Below are positions 17,786 to 25,230 of a DNA stretch of 32,000 nucleotides, piece by piece. The stretch's first letter is position 1, and every line of letters begins with the position of its first letter. The DNA comes from Geobacter metallireducens GS-15 (GTDB taxonomy: Bacteria; Desulfobacterota; Desulfuromonadia; Geobacterales; Geobacteraceae): the NCBI RefSeq assembly GCF_000012925.1, contig NC_007517.1, positions 2,040,001-2,072,000 on the forward strand. Reading direction: 5' to 3'. Under the pieces are notes generated by a model. It did no database searches, had not been told where the DNA came from, and saw only the letters and a list, made by a program, of their open reading frames with translations. The position numbers and the translations under genes are program-made.

Positions 17786-18406
17786 ATGACTGATCTTCTT
17801 ACTATCGGCGTTCTTGTCTCAGGAAACGGCTCTAACCTCCAGGCCATCATTGACCGGATCGAGGACGGTAGCCTCCCAGCCCGAATTGCCTGCGTCATCA
17901 GCAACAAGGCCGATGCCTATGCTTTGGACCGGGCGAAGTGCCACGGTATCACCGTCCACGTCCTCGACCACAGGATCCATGCGGGCCGTGAATCGTACGA
18001 CGCAGCCCTGGTTGAACTGCTTCGCTCCCACGGGGTGCGCCTCGTGGTGCTGGCCGGCTTCATGCGGATCGTTACCCCGGTCCTTATTGGAGCATTTCCC
18101 CATGCAATCATGAACATCCATCCGGCGTTACTTCCGGCATTCCCTGGCCTTCACGCCCAACGTCAGGCTTTGCAGTACGGTGTCAAAGTCTCTGGGTGCA
18201 CGGTGCATTTCGTTGATGAAGGAACCGACACTGGACCGATTATTATTCAAGCCGTCGTACCGGTTCTCGACGATGACACCGAGGATACGCTATCGGCCCG
18301 CATCCAGAAGGAAGAGCACCACATCTACCCTGAAGCGGTCAATCTCTTTGCCCAGGGCCGCCTCACCGTCGACGACCGGAAGGTTATCATCGCGCCGGCA
18401 TCCTGA
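17786..18406 (+). CDS. purN: phosphoribosylglycinamide formyltransferase
   Basis: 206 aa. VLVSGNGSNLQAI and NIHPALLPAFPG motifs. 13 nt after purM. Confidence 0.92.
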   Translation: MTDLLTIGVLVSGNGSNLQAIIDRIEDGSLPARIACVISNKADAYALDRAKCHGITVHVLDHRIHAGRESYDAALVELLRSHGVRLVVLAGFMRIVTPVLIGAFPHAIMNIHPALLPAFPGLHAQRQALQYGVKVSGCTVHFVDEGTDTGPIIIQAVVPVLDDDTEDTLSARIQKEEHHIYPEAVNLFAQGRLTVDDRKVIIAPAS

Positions 18407-18490
18407 ACACGGTGCACGCATCAGTCGCACGTCCATTCACAGTATCCGGCTTAATGCAGGAATTCATGATACAGCCAAAGGACTCTCGTC

Positions 18491-18763
18491 ATGAAAAGGA
18501 CCGTACCCCTGCTGATTGTTTTGATGGTTAACGTACCCGTCGTCAAGGCTGCGGATACCATGATATTCCCGGCAAAAAACGGAAATATTACCTTTAATCA
18601 CAAACACCACACGGATCTCCTCAAGGAATGCAAGAACTGTCACGACAAAACCCCTGGAAGAATTGCCAATTTCGGCAAAGACTACGCTCATAAGACCTGC
18701 AAGGGATGCCACGAGGTGAGGGGAACTGGGCCAACGCGCTGCGGCCTCTGCCACAGGAAGTAG
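18491..18763 (+). CDS. ppcE: periplasmic triheme cytochrome c7 (PpcA family, most like PpcE from memory)
   Basis: 90 aa. Signal peptide ending VVKA|AD. Three CXXCH motifs (CKNCH, CKGCH, CGLCH) in a mature protein of about 70 aa. NFGKDYAHKTCKGCHEVRG matches my recollection of G. sulfurreducens PpcE. Confidence 0.85.
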   Translation: MKRTVPLLIVLMVNVPVVKAADTMIFPAKNGNITFNHKHHTDLLKECKNCHDKTPGRIANFGKDYAHKTCKGCHEVRGTGPTRCGLCHRK

Positions 18764-18778
18764 CACCCTTGATGTCAT

Positions 18779-18813
18779 AAAAAGCCGGTTTCCTGATGGG
18801 GAGCCGGCTTTTT
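18779..18813. terminator. bidirectional intrinsic terminator between convergent ppcE-like and zinc-ribbon genes
   Basis: AAAAAGCCGG-(15 nt)-CCGGCTTTTT: a GC-rich stem flanked by an A-run and a T-run, so it reads as hairpin plus U-tract on both strands. Confidence 0.7.
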
Positions 18814-18843
18814 ATTGCTGATGCTATTGGACAACGTGCCGAA

Positions 18844-19161
18844 CTACGCAACCTTTTCGGATGTCTCGTTTTCTTCCTTGAACCATTTTTCGAACCAACT
18901 ACGGTGATCCTTCGAGGCGAGAATCCTGAGATCGTTCGGCCCAAGCCATACCCCGCCGCACCCGGGACAACGATCCAGGGGAACCCCACGGAAGGTCATT
19001 GCTTTAATCTCGTCTCCGCACTTGGGACAACGGTTCCGGCACATTTCACGTACCAGGCGCTCGCGCTCTTCCTTCTGCATTCTCTCGATTTTGTCTTGTT
19101 CCTGCTTGTAGATGTACTGATTTTCGAGAGCCTTTTCGCGTTCCTTCCAGATGTTTTTCAT
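18844..19161 (-). CDS. zinc-ribbon protein (zf-TFIIB-like) with charged N-terminal helix
   Basis: CPKCGDE...CPGCGGVWLGPNDL paired CxxC motifs. ATG 19161 has GGGAGG 8 nt upstream; the track GTG start overlaps that SD. Confidence 0.7.
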   Translation of the reverse strand: MKNIWKEREKALENQYIYKQEQDKIERMQKEERERLVREMCRNRCPKCGDEIKAMTFRGVPLDRCPGCGGVWLGPNDLRILASKDHRSWFEKWFKEENETSEKVA

Positions 19162-19257
19162 AACAAGCACCTCCCGAATCTGAGCAGCTTTTCTAGAAGA
19201 AAGTATAGCAGATTTGCACCAGTTTCCCCAAATTGCCCTGACGGCGCGCGCACGATT

Positions 19258-20619
19258 TCATTCATGGCTGCAGGACGCATCCTCGTCAAGGGACTCCACC
19301 CGGCACCAGGCTCGTCCGTGATGAAAAAGAAGTTCAAGCCTATCTTTCAGGGCGAGTTGCCTGAACGTCTTGACAGGAACCCGTTCAGGCAGTTTAAGGG
19401 CTACGCTGTACCCCCTCGCCAAGGTGCCGAGTGGAGAAAGCGTTTCCAGCCGTGCCGAATGCACGGCCGCAGCCTCACGGTAGCGGTCGACGTGACGAAG
19501 CAGGGCTATTTCACTTTTGTCGCTCAAAGCAATAACCCGTTCCCGTGCACGCTCCACCTTAAGGGCCGGATTTCTGAGCCTCAGATGATTCTTGAGTGCT
19601 TCTAGCATCCTCCCACGGTCTTTAAGGTCTCCCGCAATAGCGCGTTCAAGTCGTACGAAGATGTCATCCAAGCGCTGGGAGAGGTGTCCTAAAAGCACGG
19701 TAGGGTCGCGGAGGGCACGGCTCAAGCTCTCCAACTCACCACCAGCATCGGCCAGAATGCGCCGCAGTGTCTGTATGAGCCGGTGACGGAGGAACTCGAC
19801 TTTCGACGCCAACTCCTCTTTGCTCTTGACGACCAGTTCTGCCGCTGCCGATGGAGTCGGTGCCCTAAGGTCAGCAACAAAGTCTGCAATGGTAAAATCG
19901 ATTTCGTGACCCACGGCAGATATGATTGGTATTCTGGAGCGGTGGACCGCACGAGCGACCTTCTCCTCGTTAAAGGCCCACAGATCCTCCAGCGATCCCC
20001 CTCCCCTCCCCACGATCATGACATCAACAGCACCGTAACGGTTGAAGTCGATGATCGCTTCGGCAATCTCGTCAGCCGCCCCTTCACCCTGGACTTTGAC
20101 GGGTCTGATGAGAACTTCCACGTTGGCAAAGCGTCGGTTCAGGACGTTGAGAATATCGTGAATAGCTGCCCCGGTTGCCGAGGTCACCACTCCGATCCGC
20201 TGCGGCAGGGATGGGATCGGCCTCTTATGTTCCTCGGCGAAAAGCCCCTCCTTGGCCAATTTTTCCTTTAGCTGAATGAACGCAAGCTGGAGTGCTCCGA
20301 CTCCCCGCGGCTCCAGATATTCAACGAGAAACTGATAGTCACCCCGCTGTTCGTAAACCGTAATCCGCCCCCTGACGATCAATCCCATACCATCCCTGGG
20401 GCGGAATTTAAGGGCTCGAGCTGACGCACGGAACATAACGCAGCGAATCTGGGCGCCGGCATCCTTGAGCGTAAAATACAGGTGCCCGGAAGCAGGCATT
20501 GCAAGGTTTGAAACCTCACCCTCCACCCAAACGTGCTCGAAATTCTCTTCAAGTACTCCCCTGATGAGGGAGGTGAGTTGGGATACGGTTAAAATCCGTT
20601 TTTCAGGAAAGAGTTCCAC
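19258..20619 (-). CDS. xseA: exodeoxyribonuclease VII large subunit
   Basis: 453 aa. N-terminal OB-fold region ([29 protein letters not shown]), [16 protein letters not shown], and a long helical C-terminus. GTG start with GAGGAG 5 nt upstream. Confidence 0.9.
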   Translation of the reverse strand: MELFPEKRILTVSQLTSLIRGVLEENFEHVWVEGEVSNLAMPASGHLYFTLKDAGAQIRCVMFRASARALKFRPRDGMGLIVRGRITVYEQRGDYQFLVEYLEPRGVGALQLAFIQLKEKLAKEGLFAEEHKRPIPSLPQRIGVVTSATGAAIHDILNVLNRRFANVEVLIRPVKVQGEGAADEIAEAIIDFNRYGAVDVMIVGRGGGSLEDLWAFNEEKVARAVHRSRIPIISAVGHEIDFTIADFVADLRAPTPSAAAELVVKSKEELASKVEFLRHRLIQTLRRILADAGGELESLSRALRDPTVLLGHLSQRLDDIFVRLERAIAGDLKDRGRMLEALKNHLRLRNPALKVERARERVIALSDKSEIALLRHVDRYREAAAVHSARLETLSPLGTLARGYSVALKLPERVPVKTFRQLALKDRLELLFHHGRAWCRVESLDEDASCSHE

Positions 20620-20686
20620 AAAATCTCCTCGTAAATACTGCTAGTTGCAGCGGTTCTAGCATAGGGTTCGCGGCGTGTCAAACCGG

Positions 20687-20716
20687 TTGACCGTCGCTGT
20701 CCCCTCAGTGTAGTAT
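20687..20716 (+). promoter_or_regulatory. candidate sigma70 promoter for the ParA-like gene (TTGACC-N18-TAGTAT)
   Basis: The -10 hexamer overlaps ATG 20715. The predicted TSS coincides with ATG 20724, suggesting a leaderless mRNA. Confidence 0.3.
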
Positions 20717-22124
20717 GGTCGCCATGCAGAGTTATCCATACGTCATTACCGTCTCCTCAGAAAAGGGGGGGGTCGGCAAGACCACCCTCGCAACCAATCT
20801 TGCCATCTACCTGAAAGCTCTTGATGAAAACCTGCCGGTTTCCATCTTCTCTTTCGACAACCATTTCACCGTCGACCGGATGTTTGAAATCAGGGGACAG
20901 CGCACGACCGGCACCGTGGCCGACCTCCTCCTTGAAACTCCGGGGAGAGATCTGATTCACACCGGTCAATACGGAGTCGGCTACATCCCCTCATCGCCGA
21001 ATCTTTCAGACCTCAAAGGGACCGTCAAAACGCCGATGATGCTCGCGCGGCTTCTGGCTCTCTCCCGAATCCCCGGCGTAGTTGTCATCGATACCCGGCC
21101 CGATCTGGACATCCTGACACAGAATGCACTCTTTGCAGCCGACCGGGCCATTATACCTGTCAAGGACATGCCAAGCCTTGAGAACTGTCGTAACATTTTC
21201 GCCCTGTTCGAGCAGCGAGGCCTTGATCGCAAGAGCCTTTCGCTCATCCCCTGTCTCGTCGACGAGCGAATCAAGTTCGATGGCCCCTTCTCCGACCAAA
21301 AGACCCTCCTGAAGGCCTACGCCATCAACCGGGGCTATCGTTGTTTCGAAACCTACATCTCCAAGAGCCCCAAGGTGGAGAGCCTCAATACAAACCCGGA
21401 CGGAAAGATCTACCCGATCCTCACCCATGCCAAGTGGACGGAAGTCCACGGCCAATTCGCCCAACTTGCCCAGACGATTATCACTGAATTCCGAGCAACC
21501 GCCGAACCCCGCGCCTTTCTCTTCCACCAGTGGCTCCAGAGTGAGGAAGTTAGGAAGAAAGAAGCCTTCTTTGCCAGACTATCGGGGATCAAGTCGGAGT
21601 GTCTTCTCTGTGGACGCCCCGTCTCCGGCAAAGATAGTGACAGGGTGTCTTTTTACTTTGAGGTCTCCGACGGCAGTGCCGCCGGTTTTTTCGAAGAAGA
21701 GTGCTTCTTCCGTCTTCTCATGACGAACGTCTACAACCTGGACATCAATCTGGCGGATGACGATCCCACCCTTCAGATCATGCGTGATGCAGCCAGGGAA
21801 TCGGCGTTCGTCTTCAGGCCGGTGACCAATGGCAGCGGCACAACAGTCGATTTCCACCGTTTTGGCCTCGATGGGGTACATCTTCTGAAAAAGGCCTATC
21901 CTCTGCGGGAATTTGAGGGGGGGATGCTGACCAGGGAGAAAAGCAGGCTGTTTTCATTGCTATCTGAAACCTTTGGCAACCGCCTGGATGCCTCACCCGA
22001 CTCTTTTCTGCTCGTTCACCCTGTTCACCAGGAAAAGCCGGAAGCGATCCTCCAGGAAGAATGCTACCGAGGGTTCGCACGCCTCAGACAGAGGATTGCC
22101 CAGCAGGTCCTGCCCCCCAACTGA
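20715..22124 (+). CDS. ParA/MinD-like P-loop ATPase fused to a C-terminal region of about 200 aa of unknown function
   Basis: Deviant Walker A VSSEKGGVGKTTLATNL, then VIDTRPD (Walker B-like). Residues from about 260 to 469 match nothing I recognise. The start is either ATG 20715 or ATG 20724; neither has an SD. Confidence 0.75.
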   Translation: MVAMQSYPYVITVSSEKGGVGKTTLATNLAIYLKALDENLPVSIFSFDNHFTVDRMFEIRGQRTTGTVADLLLETPGRDLIHTGQYGVGYIPSSPNLSDLKGTVKTPMMLARLLALSRIPGVVVIDTRPDLDILTQNALFAADRAIIPVKDMPSLENCRNIFALFEQRGLDRKSLSLIPCLVDERIKFDGPFSDQKTLLKAYAINRGYRCFETYISKSPKVESLNTNPDGKIYPILTHAKWTEVHGQFAQLAQTIITEFRATAEPRAFLFHQWLQSEEVRKKEAFFARLSGIKSECLLCGRPVSGKDSDRVSFYFEVSDGSAAGFFEEECFFRLLMTNVYNLDINLADDDPTLQIMRDAARESAFVFRPVTNGSGTTVDFHRFGLDGVHLLKKAYPLREFEGGMLTREKSRLFSLLSETFGNRLDASPDSFLLVHPVHQEKPEAILQEECYRGFARLRQRIAQQVLPPN

Positions 22125-22134
22125 CGGAAACGGT

Positions 22135-23097
22135 TCAGTGTACCAGGGATGACGCGGGGACAAGGGTGACACCCTCATCCCGCAACTTCGGCAGTTCTGC
22201 AGCTAAGGCTTGGATAGTGGCGGGATGGGGGTGGCAGATGGCAATGGCGCTGCCCCTTTTGCGAGCGATGGAAGCAGCCTGCCTGATCTGCTTCGAAATA
22301 TATCCAACATCCTGAATATTGTCCAAAAAGACGGATCGTGACGCGGTTCTCAAGCCCATCTCTCGTGCAGTCGACTCTCCCACAGATATTGCCGACGTCT
22401 TGCTGTCGACAAAGAACAGCCCCTTCTCCTTCAGCACTCTCAGCACTATCGCCATCTTCTCTTTGTTTTCGGTGAATGCCGACCCCATGTGATTGTTGGC
22501 GCCAACCGCCTGGGGGACTTCCTTGAAATAACCGTTCATCCGGACCACAATCTCATCGTTACTCTGACTGAGAAGAAGACCGTTCTCCTCGAGACGGCGC
22601 TCCGGATACCCCTTCGGCTCCATGGGAAGATGGATCATTGCCTCGATCCCGCGCCGTTGTGCCTCTTGGGCAACCTGACGCACCTTCGGAAGCCCCGGGA
22701 TAATAGAGAACGTCACCGGTACGCCGATGTCAATGATCGATCGGGCTTCTTGCATACCCTTTCCCATGTCGTCAATGATGATAGCGAGATTTCCGGAACC
22801 GGCAGGACGTGGGCGGACATGCCGCTCAGTCGGTGGCGGCACCACTGTCGCCGTATAGTCCTCATGGACAACGGGTTCCTTTTCCGCCGCGGATTCCCGG
22901 GGCGGGAGCTTATGCCGTGCCACGACTTTTGGAGGTTCCGGTTTTTTCTCTGGGCGCTTCTGATTAAGCAGGCCATCAATAAGGAACACCGCCGCAACAA
23001 CCAGGACTGCAAGAATAATGAAACCAACAAGAGGACGAGAATTACGTCCGCCTTTTTTTCTGTTTACCTTGATTTTGCCATTTCGAGATGTAGCCAC
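22135..23097 (-). CDS. divergent polysaccharide deacetylase family protein (YibQ-like)
   Basis: 320 aa. N-terminal TM anchor. LAIIIDDMG and NNHMGS motifs typical of YibQ/DUF610. GTG start with AGGA upstream. Confidence 0.8.
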   Translation of the reverse strand: MATSRNGKIKVNRKKGGRNSRPLVGFIILAVLVVAAVFLIDGLLNQKRPEKKPEPPKVVARHKLPPRESAAEKEPVVHEDYTATVVPPPTERHVRPRPAGSGNLAIIIDDMGKGMQEARSIIDIGVPVTFSIIPGLPKVRQVAQEAQRRGIEAMIHLPMEPKGYPERRLEENGLLLSQSNDEIVVRMNGYFKEVPQAVGANNHMGSAFTENKEKMAIVLRVLKEKGLFFVDSKTSAISVGESTAREMGLRTASRSVFLDNIQDVGYISKQIRQAASIARKRGSAIAICHPHPATIQALAAELPKLRDEGVTLVPASSLVH

Positions 23098-23164
23098 AAA
23101 TCATCCTGTAAGTGGTATGTACGCTGGTAGTGTATAACACACCGCCGTTCTGGCGGGCAACGAA

Positions 23165-23196
23165 CAAAAAAGCCCGCCACTGTATGGCGGGCTTTT
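23165..23196 (-). terminator. intrinsic terminator after the cohesin/dockerin repeat gene
   Basis: agcccgcc (23171..23178) / ggcgggct (23186..23193) with a 7-nt loop. The minus strand reads hairpin then TTTTTTG. 17 nt after the stop at 23213. Confidence 0.75.
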
Positions 23197-23212
23197 GTCC
23201 TGACAGGGAACT

Positions 23213-24898
23213 TTACTTCTTGTTCTTTTTGCCTCCGCCAGCCGTCAAGTAATTGGCGGTATATATATAGTCATCTATATAATCATGCTTTCCATCACCG
23301 TTGAGGTCATATGCCGGCACCTTGGCGGCTCCATTCTTGGAAAGGAAGAGTGAAAAGTCTCCTTCATCCGTCACACCGTTTTTGTCAACATCGACATCCA
23401 CCCTCGGAGCGACGGTTAAAGGATAATCTACAATTTTCTCCCCATTTACGATGGTAAGCGTAGCCTCAATTTTTCCTGCTTCAGGAACGGCTTCTATCAG
23501 CCATCGGTTGTCTCCCTGCTTTTGCAAGGACGTGAGGCGGGCTCCTCTCAGGGCAAAATTTGGCGCATTACTGCCGCTTTCAGGCAATTCAAGCAGGACT
23601 TTTATCATCATCTTCCCGTCAGTAATGCATATCGCAGGATCCTGCTTGATTGATGTGGCCACGGGTTCATCAAACAATGCCCTAAGAGCTTTTGGTGTCC
23701 TGTCACCCGAATAACCCTTGAATCGCTCAAGCACTCCCTTGAAAACCGCGTATTTTTGTTCCTGTACCGATGTGGTAGGGACCGTATGTGGAGAAATGGG
23801 TGCTGTTGGAGGCTGATGCTCTTTGTCCTCCCGGTCGGCAGCCTCCGGAGATGGTTGCCACTGCGCGGGTTGGTCGCCCAAAGCCGGCTCCTGTGCATCG
23901 GGCGATGTAGGTTCCAAGGGCGACTGAGGTGCGTCTGGTAAAATTATTGTACCTTGAGCTACAAACGGTATCCTGGAACCCTGCGTGTCCGCTGAACTCT
24001 TGTCCGCTGAACTCTTGTCCGCTGAACCCTTGTCCGCTGAACCCTTGTCCACTGAACCCTTGTCCACTGAACCCTTGTCCACTGAACTTGTGACTGAGGG
24101 AGCCAGACCTGAGGAAACCCTGCCCGAGGAGCCTTTGTCCGCGGGACCCGTGTCTGAGGAACTCTTGTCGGGATAATTTTCTGTGCTTGTGGAGCCTGTG
24201 TCAGTGGAACCCGTGTCAGTGGAACCCGTGTTTGTGGAACCTGTGTTTGTGGAACCTGTGTTTGTGGAACCTGTGTTTGTGGAACCTGTGTTTGTGGAAC
24301 CTGTGTTTGTGGAACCTGTGTTTGTGGAACCTGTGTTTGTGGAACCTGTGTTTGTGGAACCTGTGTTTGTGGAACCTGTGTCAGTGGAGCCTGTGTCAGT
24401 GGAGCCTGTGTTTGTGGAACCTCCCGTGCCTGAAGATAAGCCAGTATCATCTTTACCGTCTTCACTCGTCAAGGGGCTCTCAATTGGTTGATTCGATGCG
24501 TCAAGACCGGTTAACTGGCAGGTGAGCGCCGGTTTCCCCCACGACTTGCTGACTGGAGAAAATGTAACAGTTGCCACCGTGCCAGAACCGGAAACAGGCG
24601 GCTCATTGACCATGACTACCTGTACCGTTCCAGACGTTTCTACAACGTTCGGCACGAAAACCAGCCAGGTGGCTAAGTCACCACTGACGACCTTAGGGCT
24701 CGACAATGATGCCTTGTCGTAAGTGAGTGTAAAATCAATAGCGCCAACATTGATGAGGCCGAGAGCAACAACCCTGTATCTCCCGTTGCCCATATCCACC
24801 AGGTTGAGACCAGTGCAGGATGCCGCAGCATCAAAAGTCATTGGAGAAATGATTAGTTGAGCACCCAACAGAAGAAGGGAAAGGCTTTTGACTTTCAT
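23213..24898 (-). CDS. secreted modular protein: cohesin-like module, (GST[ND]T)n and (DK[GS]S[VA])n repeats, Pro-rich linker, unknown domain, dockerin-like C-terminus
   Basis: Signal peptide MKVKSLSLLLLGAQLIISPMTFDAAA. INVGAIDFTLTYDKASLSSPKVVSGDL...GSGTVATVTFSPV is cohesin-like. The C-terminal DVDKNGVTDEGD and DLNGDGKHDYID are two DxDxNG/DxNxDG Ca-loops about 24 aa apart, as in dockerins. GGAGG Shine-Dalgarno upstream of ATG 24898. Confidence 0.8.
   Translation of the reverse strand: MKVKSLSLLLLGAQLIISPMTFDAAASCTGLNLVDMGNGRYRVVALGLINVGAIDFTLTYDKASLSSPKVVSGDLATWLVFVPNVVETSGTVQVVMVNEPPVSGSGTVATVTFSPVSKSWGKPALTCQLTGLDASNQPIESPLTSEDGKDDTGLSSGTGGSTNTGSTDTGSTDTGSTNTGSTNTGSTNTGSTNTGSTNTGSTNTGSTNTGSTNTGSTNTGSTNTGSTDTGSTDTGSTSTENYPDKSSSDTGPADKGSSGRVSSGLAPSVTSSVDKGSVDKGSVDKGSADKGSADKSSADKSSADTQGSRIPFVAQGTIILPDAPQSPLEPTSPDAQEPALGDQPAQWQPSPEAADREDKEHQPPTAPISPHTVPTTSVQEQKYAVFKGVLERFKGYSGDRTPKALRALFDEPVATSIKQDPAICITDGKMMIKVLLELPESGSNAPNFALRGARLTSLQKQGDNRWLIEAVPEAGKIEATLTIVNGEKIVDYPLTVAPRVDVDVDKNGVTDEGDFSLFLSKNGAAKVPAYDLNGDGKHDYIDDYIYTANYLTAGGGKKNKK
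23987..24091. repeat. 15-bp tandem repeat, 7 units (gtccgctgaaccctt consensus), in frame within CDS 23213..24898
   Basis: Hand alignment: variants occur in consecutive pairs (gtccgctgaactctt x2, gtccgctgaaccctt x2, gtccactgaaccctt x2), followed by a degenerate seventh unit. Encodes DK(G/S)S(V/A). Confidence 0.95.
24181..24420. repeat. 15-bp tandem repeat, 16 units (ctgtgtttgtggaac consensus), in frame within CDS 23213..24898
   Basis: Hand alignment: units start every 15 bp from 24181. Nine consecutive units (24241..24375) are identical, and flanking units differ by 1-4 nt. The array encodes GST(N/D)T pentapeptides on the minus strand. Confidence 0.97.
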
Positions 24899-25149
24899 TC
24901 ACTTTCCTCCGTAAAACAGAATCGTTCAGCAGAAATCCGGGATACCATGCCAGAGGTGTGATTACGATGGCATTCATGACCTGGTATGCTGTCTGCTGAT
25001 TATTACGATTATTGCCTCAAAAATGGCCGTTTCAGAAAAACAATCACGCTAATTGACGCAATTGCAGCGACGCAACCAGGAATAGCATGAGTGGCAGAGC
25101 CTTTTGGGCCAAGATTCACCACGAAAAACAATCTCTTGATTGAGGGTAA

Positions 25150-25165
25150 AGCACATACGATGCCA
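25150..25165 (-). promoter_or_regulatory. candidate sigma54 (-24/-12) promoter upstream of the repeat-protein gene: TGGCAT-CGTATG-TGCT
   Basis: The minus strand reads TGGCATCGTATGTGCT with the correct GG-N10-GC spacing. It starts right after the SARP terminator-like hairpin and about 250 nt upstream of ATG 24898. A weaker second match, TGGTTGCGTCGCTGCA, lies at 25063..25078. Confidence 0.3.
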
Positions 25166-25204
25166 AAAAATATGGTCCTTCAGATGCATTTGTGCACATG
25201 AAGG
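25165..25204 (-). terminator. terminator-like hairpin after the SARP gene
   Basis: ccttca (25177..25182) / tgaagg (25199..25204) with an inner TGCA/TGCA stem. On the minus strand it is followed by ACCATATTTTTT. Confidence 0.4.
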
Positions 25205-25230
25205 TTTAGCCTGGCAGCTCTATAGATAGA

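Noticed and set aside
18407-18490. Possible cyclic-dinucleotide (GEMM-type) riboswitch upstream of the cytochrome gene, since these are common in Geobacter
   Set aside because: Only 84 nt are available, and I could not find the conserved GEMM core segments by eye. A covariance-model scan would be the proper test.
24181-24420. Possible CRISPR array
   Set aside because: The units are 15 bp and directly abutting, with no spacers, and they sit in frame inside a CDS. There are no cas genes in the window.
23959-24525. Track ORFs 23959..24465(-), 24183..24491(+) and 24187..24525(+), which run through the tandem repeats
   Set aside because: The 15-bp repeat lacks stop codons in all frames, so these are repeat-driven artefacts. 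Only the frame with a signal peptide, a cohesin-like N-terminus and a dockerin-like C-terminus is continuous through the whole 1.7 kb.
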